Positions 58,312-64,000 of a DNA stretch of 64,000 bases are shown piece after piece. The stretch comes from Eledone cirrhosa (Eukaryota). The position numbers and the translations under genes were made by a program. The stretch spans positions 7,068,001 to 7,132,000 of the forward strand of contig OZ024742.1 of assembly GCA_964016885.1 (NCBI GenBank). The letters run 5' to 3'. The notes under the pieces are model-generated. The model was not told the DNA's origin. It saw only the letters and a list, made by a program, of their open reading frames with translations, and did no database searches. Every line of letters starts with the position of its first letter. Positions within the stretch are counted from its first letter, which is position 1.

Positions 58312-58406
58312 GTATAGTGAACTAACTGTTGTGTAACCACTTCTACCTAATTCGTCCCATGGACTGAGTGCTCTACCACTACTGATATTACCATCCAGTT
58401 TTCTAC

Positions 58407-58472
<66 letters not shown>

Positions 58473-58479
<7 letters not shown>

Positions 58480-59462
58480 TAGCACAGCAACATACGAATC
58501 TTCGCAGATGATTCCAAGCTCCAAAGGGTCATCAATGAGGTGGGTGACCGGACTTGCCTTCAGTCAGACCTACTGGCTGTTATCCAATGGGCAGAAAAGA
58601 ATAATATGCTGTTGAATGAGGATAAGTTTGAATTAATCCACCTTGGAAAAAATAATGCCCTGAAATTACAATACTCTCTTCCTTCGGGTGAAACTCTGAT
58701 AACATCAGAGACCTGGGAGTAATTGTGGACAACAACATAAGCTGGGCCACTCATATAAACAGCAAAGTTAATATGGCCTGCAGAATGTGTTCCTGGATTC
58801 TCAGAACTTTCCAGTCGAGAGACATCCACACTGTTATCCTTCTCTTCTCCACGTTTGCCCGACCCCACCTTGAATACTGTTGTCCACTGAGGTCTCCCCG
58901 CACGAAACAAAGTATCATGAAAGTTGAAGCACCCCAAAGGTCAATTACAAAAAAGATATATGGCATGACAGGCCTTGACTATTAGAGTCGAATGAGCAAA
59001 GCTCAACTTTTATCCACTCCAACGTCGCCGTGAGCGCTACATTATCTGCATGATGTGGAAAATATTCCACTACCTTTGCCCAAATAATGTTGGCATTACC
59101 TTTAATGTATTCCCAAGGCTTGGTCCCCGTGCTATCCGCCAATGACAAAAATCTCACTCGTATCACATAACAACAATACGACACAATTATTTCACCTCAA
59201 TTGGCCCTGCTCTCTTTAACATTATACCAAAACACATCAAAGCAGAAACAGACCCCATCAATTTCAAGAAGTCTTTGGATAAATTCCTTCAAGAAAACCC
59301 GGATAAGCCTCCTACACCCAGATATGCCTCCGTAAACAATAACTCTCTGCTCGAGTGGGCCATGGTGCCCAAACACTGATGTGTAAGACTTCGCTAGGTC
59401 GTGCTATTAAGTTAGACATGGCCCGGGCCATTACTGGCCGAAACCTATCAAAGTTATCAAAG

Positions 59463-59465
<3 letters not shown>
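58473..59465 (+). mobile_element. CR1-group family 1 3' fragment, more diverged
   Basis: Homologous to 18754-19746; FADD region; tail aagttatca aagtta running into (TA)n. Confidence 0.92.
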
Positions 59466-59505
<40 letters not shown>

Positions 59506-59506
<1 letters not shown>

Positions 59507-60030
59507 GATATATTAACAAATGGAAACAATATTTATAAAACCATATTTATTTCATTATACATATTTCAAGGACACCAAGTTAAATTATGGTGTGCTTTCA
59601 TCACATAAAATATAATATAGATCAGTTTTATAAATAAATATTGACATACCCTTAAAAGAACGCGACCATTACTGCTGGAAGCTCCCGGATAATGGGGTTA
59701 TAAATTTATTTATACTATTATGCAAATTAGTGTAGGCTATTTTCAAAATAAGCCGTTGGGGTATGGAGAAAGGCAAAGAGAAAAAAAAGAGAAAAATGAG
59801 AAAAAAAGAGAAAAAAAGCAAACTTTAAGAGGAAAAGAAGAAAACTAATGAAAGCACACCATAATTTAACTTGGTGTCCTTGAAATATGCATAATGAAAT
59901 AAATATGGTTTATAAATATAGTTTCCATTTGTTAATATATCGTATTTTTACTCCAATAATTTGTTGAGTGCTTTATATCAGTTATAAAAATAGTTGCTTG
60001 TTGTATCCCAACAATTTAAATAGAACTTCT
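59506..60030. mobile_element. family A fold-back element with mutated hammerheads
   Basis: Minus copy 59548-59612 (GTGATGA core) and plus copy 59845-59901 (CTAATGA core). Confidence 0.8.
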
Positions 60031-60116
<86 letters not shown>

Positions 60117-60189
60117 ATACATTGGGAGGGTCATGTTGCCAATATATATATATAATATAAAATCAAAAGATGGTAAAAAGAGTTCCATG

Positions 60190-60260
60190 TATTTTATTAT
60201 GCGCATTTCAAAAACAAATATCATCATGGGATGATATTTGCGTTCTCATCAGATAAAATA
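60190..60260 (-). ncRNA. minimal hammerhead motif
   Basis: Reverse complement reads tattttat CTGATGA gaac gcaaatatcatc ccat gatgatatttgt tttt GAAA TGCGCA TA ataaaata. Confidence 0.88.
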
Positions 60261-60354
60261 GGGAGACATGATATGAAGCTTAAAAAACACTTGCGAGCAG
60301 TGAACTGTTAAATCAACATATGATGATATTTGTTTTTGAAATGCGCATAATAAA

Positions 60355-60537
60355 ATAATTGTTTCTACTTTTGGCACAAGGCCAGCAATTAGCCAGTACA
60401 TTACTGGTACTTTATTTTATCGACCCCGTAAGGATGAAAGGCAAAGTTAACCTCGACGGGATTTGAACTCAGACCGTAAAGGGACGTAACTAAGCTGGAA
60501 AGCATGGCGTCCGACTCTCTACCGATACTGCCAATCT
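60355..60537 (-). mobile_element. SINE family 1
   Basis: Reverse-complement homolog of 63723-63910. Confidence 0.8.
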
Positions 60538-60554
60538 ACAGAATAATAAAATAA

Positions 60555-61128
60555 TGTGTGAGTTAGTGTGTTAATGTGTGTGTCTGTGTGAGTGTTTGTG
60601 TGTCTGTGTTAGTGTGTGAGTGTCTGTGAGTTAGTGTGTTAGTGTGTGTGAGTGTGTGTGTGTGTTGGTGTGTGTGTCTGTGTGAGTGTGTGTGTGTATG
60701 TGTTAGTGTGTGTGTCTGTGTTGGTGTGTGTGTGTGTGTCTGTGTTAGTGTGTGTGTGTGTCTGTGTGAGTGTGTGTGAGTGTGTGTGTGAGTATGTGTG
60801 AGTGTGTCTGTGTGAGTGTGTGTGTCTGTGTGAGTGTCTGTGTGAGTGTGTGTGTATGTGTTAGTGTGTGTGTGTCTGTGTGAGTGTGTGTGTGTCTGTG
60901 TGAGTGTGTGTGTGTCTGTGTGAGTGTGTCTGTGTGAGTGTGTGTGTATGTGTGAGTGTGTGTCTGTGTGAGTGTGTGTGTCTGTGTTGGTGTGTGTGTG
61001 TGTGTCTGTGTTAGTGTGTGTGTGTCTGTGTGAGTGTGTGTGAGTGTGTGTGTGTATGTGTGAGTGTGTGTGTGTCTGTGTGAGTGTGTGTGTGTGAGTG
61101 TGTGTGTATGTGTGAGTGTGTGTGTATG
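60555..61128. repeat. (TG)n-rich compound microsatellite
   Basis: tgtgtgag/tgtgtc/tgttag units. Confidence 0.95.
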
Positions 61129-61189
61129 CAATGATCTATAAGCATATTACTGAAGTAGTTAGCGACATAACAACACTAATCGAAAACAG

Positions 61190-61567
61190 GAGGAAAATAG
61201 AAAGATAAAGAAGGGGGAGGAGGAGGATGAGGAGGATGAGGAGGAGGAGGTTGAGGATGGGGGAGGAGAAGAAGAGGAATAAGTAGAAGACGGAGGAGGA
61301 GAAGGGGAAGGGGGAGTAGGAGAAGGAGGAGACGGATGAGGAGGGGGAGGTGGAGAAGAAGAAGTAGAAGGAGAAGGAGGAGACGAAGAAGGAGGAAGAT
61401 GAGGAGGAGGGGGAGGAAGAGAAGGAGAAAAAGGAGGAGGAGGGAGACGAGGAGGAGGGAGACGAGGAGGAGGAGAATGAAGAGAAGGAGAAGGAGAAGG
61501 AGAAGGAGGAGGAGGAGGAGGAGGAGGAGGAGGAGGAGGAGGAGGAGGAGGAGGAGGGGGAGGAGGA
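61190..61567. repeat. (GGA/GAA)n purine tract
   Basis: Source of the poly-P and poly-R ORF artefacts. Confidence 0.95.
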
Positions 61568-61717
61568 TTGAACATGTCAGACTGTATAAATTATATAATG
61601 TGAGATAAGTGATATGAAATTGATATCACATGAGCATATTTCTATATTAACTGGCGTCTTATCTGATTCTCTTGACATATCCTGAAGATATATATATATA
61701 TATATACCATACTGTAT

Positions 61718-61767
<50 letters not shown>

Positions 61768-61769
<2 letters not shown>

Positions 61770-61877
61770 CGAAGGAAATGTGGTAAGGAACCAGGTGGAC
61801 CATAACGCACCAAAGTACTCAATACTTGAGGTAGTAGAGTGGGTAATAGGAACCAGTAAGACCCCGACAGCTGAGCT

Positions 61878-61921
<44 letters not shown>

Positions 61922-62202
61922 CAGTATGTATGTACTGTATATACATACATACATATATATATATATATGTACCAGTATGGTACATATATATATATAGAAA
62001 CGAGTAGGACACCGACGGTTGAGCTCAAGCCGTTTCGACGGCTAATTCTGGACTAAATCATTTAGTCCAGAATTAGCCGTCGAAACGGCTTGAGCTCAAC
62101 CGTCGGTGTCCTACTCGTCCCTATTACCCACTCTACTACCCTAAGTATTAAGTACTTTGGTGCGTTATGGTCCACCTGGTTCCTTACCACATTTCCTTCG
62201 TT
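61768..62202. mobile_element. family F repeats (61768-61880 and fold-back 61997-62202)
   Basis: Palindrome centred on ggactaaat c atttagtcc. Confidence 0.8.
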
Positions 62203-62452
62203 ATATATATATGTATATATATATATGTGTGTGTGTAGAGAGAGAGAGGTTATATTTAATTTGTTGGGATTCAACAAGCTTAAACATTTTTATAACTGAT
62301 ATGAAGCACTCAACAGGTAGTGGAGTAAATACATAATATATTAATAAATGGAAACTATATTTATAAAACCATATTTATTTCATACAGGAAGCTCCAACCG
62401 TTAAGGTTGTCTTTTTCCGGGTATGTCAATATTTATTTATAAAACAAATCTG

Positions 62453-62831
62453 TATTTTATCTGATGAAAGCGAACCATAATTTGCCTTGGTTGCCCTTGA
62501 AATATCTTCTATCTTCTATATATATATAAAAGCGAGGATGTGTGTGTGTCTGTGTACAACTTTGGATACCTAAGGCTTTTACAATTACCAACCGAATTTG
62601 ACCAAATTTTCTGTGCACGTTTTCAAATCGACCCACGTTGAGCAATAAAAAATCGATATCAAAATTATCAATTTTGATGTAAGGGAGATAACCAACTTTA
62701 TTGACAGAAATATAAACATCAGATTCATTTGAAGATAAATCACTAATATTATCGTCTGTTACTTGTTTATTCTTTGTTGCATTTCAAACCCCGGGCAACG
62801 CCGGGTAAATCTGCTAGTGTATAATAAAATA
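62453..62831 (+). ncRNA. family A hammerhead split by a Helitron insertion
   Basis: tattttat CTGATGA aag...ctt GAAATA | insertion 62505-62817 | TGTA TA ataaaata. Confidence 0.8.
62505..62817 (+). mobile_element. non-autonomous Helitron (313 bp)
   Basis: 5' TC, 3' CTAG, subterminal hairpin CCCGG-GCAACG-CCGGG (62790-62805), inserted between host A and T with no target-site duplication. Confidence 0.88.
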
Positions 62832-62897
62832 AATATGGTTTTATAAATATAGTTTCCATTTATTAATATATTGTATATATATATATATGTACTGTAT

Positions 62898-63006
<109 letters not shown>

Positions 63007-63068
63007 AATATATATGTGTGTGTGCGTGTACGGGTATGTATGTACTATATATACATACATATATATAC

Positions 63069-63115
<47 letters not shown>

Positions 63116-63147
63116 TATATATATGCATATATATATGCATATATATA

Positions 63148-63229
<82 letters not shown>

Positions 63230-63461
63230 TGTGCAGTCGAGTATCTCATTAGTGAAGCATATCTCTATAGATAAGACATTATTGGCTGAGATACTCACTC
63301 TCTCTCTCTCTCTCACTCTCTGTTCCTCACCATCTCACTCTTTCACTATGTTCATCTCTCTCTCTCTCTTTCACACACACATACACACTCTCTCTCTTTC
63401 GTACATACAGACACACACACACACTCTCTCTCTCTCTCTTTCGTACATACACACACACACA

Positions 63462-63661
63462 NNNNNNNNNNNNNNNNNNNNNNNNNNNNNNNNNNNNNNN
63501 NNNNNNNNNNNNNNNNNNNNNNNNNNNNNNNNNNNNNNNNNNNNNNNNNNNNNNNNNNNNNNNNNNNNNNNNNNNNNNNNNNNNNNNNNNNNNNNNNNNN
63601 NNNNNNNNNNNNNNNNNNNNNNNNNNNNNNNNNNNNNNNNNNNNNNNNNNNNNNNNNNNNN
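63462..63661. other. assembly gap (200 N)
   Basis: N run. Confidence 1.
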
Positions 63662-63722
63662 CGTATATGTTGTTGTATTTGAAAGTTTCCTAGCAACGGT
63701 TAATTGTGATTATTATGTGTTT

Positions 63723-63910
63723 AGGGCGGTGAATTTGCAGTATCGGTGGCGGGTCGGACATGCTTTCCAGCATAGTTACGTCCCTTTACGATCTGAGTTC
63801 AAATCCTGCCGAGGTTAACTTTGCCTTTCATCCTTACGGGGTCGATAAAATAAAGTACCAGTAATGTACTGCATAATTGCTGGCCTTGTGCCTAAAATAG
63901 AAACAATTAT
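63723..63910 (+). mobile_element. SINE family 1
   Basis: gagttcaaatcc B-box and conserved body ctttgcctttcatcctt..gggtcgataaaataaagtaccagt. Confidence 0.82.
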
Positions 63911-64000
63911 GTGTTTATGTTTGTGTTTATATTTTCAGTCTGAAAGAGGATTGTGAACAATTTGTAATGTTATTAATACAACTGTGAATATAATTATTTT

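Noticed and set aside
61159-61608. Poly-Pro and poly-Arg ORFs
   Set aside because: Readouts of a GGA/GAA repeat
63723-63910. tRNA gene
   Set aside because: B-box present but no cloverleaf; multi-copy SINE body follows

Overview
Eukaryotic, gene-free, repeat-saturated window. It is probably cephalopod (Octopus-like), inferred from the SINE sequences and huge compound (TA)n arrays. Most ORF-track entries are IY/YI artefacts of (TA)n. The real coding remnants are all retrotransposons: two near full-length, frameshifted Tx1-clade LINEs (8.7-14.5 kb +, 40.0-45.5 kb -); a CR1-group LINE with a CCCH-finger ORF1 (15.9-19.7 kb) plus two fragments; a second CR1-group family; two RTE 3' ends; three copies of one Penelope-like element (PLE, RT + GIY-YIG); and a Naiad-like GIY-YIG fragment. 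There are also tRNA-type SINEs, a 313-bp Helitron, a 1.8-kb minisatellite and a 200-N gap. The main hidden signal lies in the short non-coding islands between TA arrays. Most carry minimal type I hammerhead ribozyme motifs (stem I-CUGANGA-stem II-GAAA-short, mostly palindromic stem III-UH-stem I'). By eye I count 20 with an intact core plus about 10 variant, split or decayed ones, from roughly ten sequence families. They are often arranged as outward-facing inverted pairs, as direct repeats or as tandem monomers. This suggests a diverse set of non-autonomous PLE/retrozyme-like elements colonising one TA microsatellite field. All structures were folded by eye and no activity is demonstrated.
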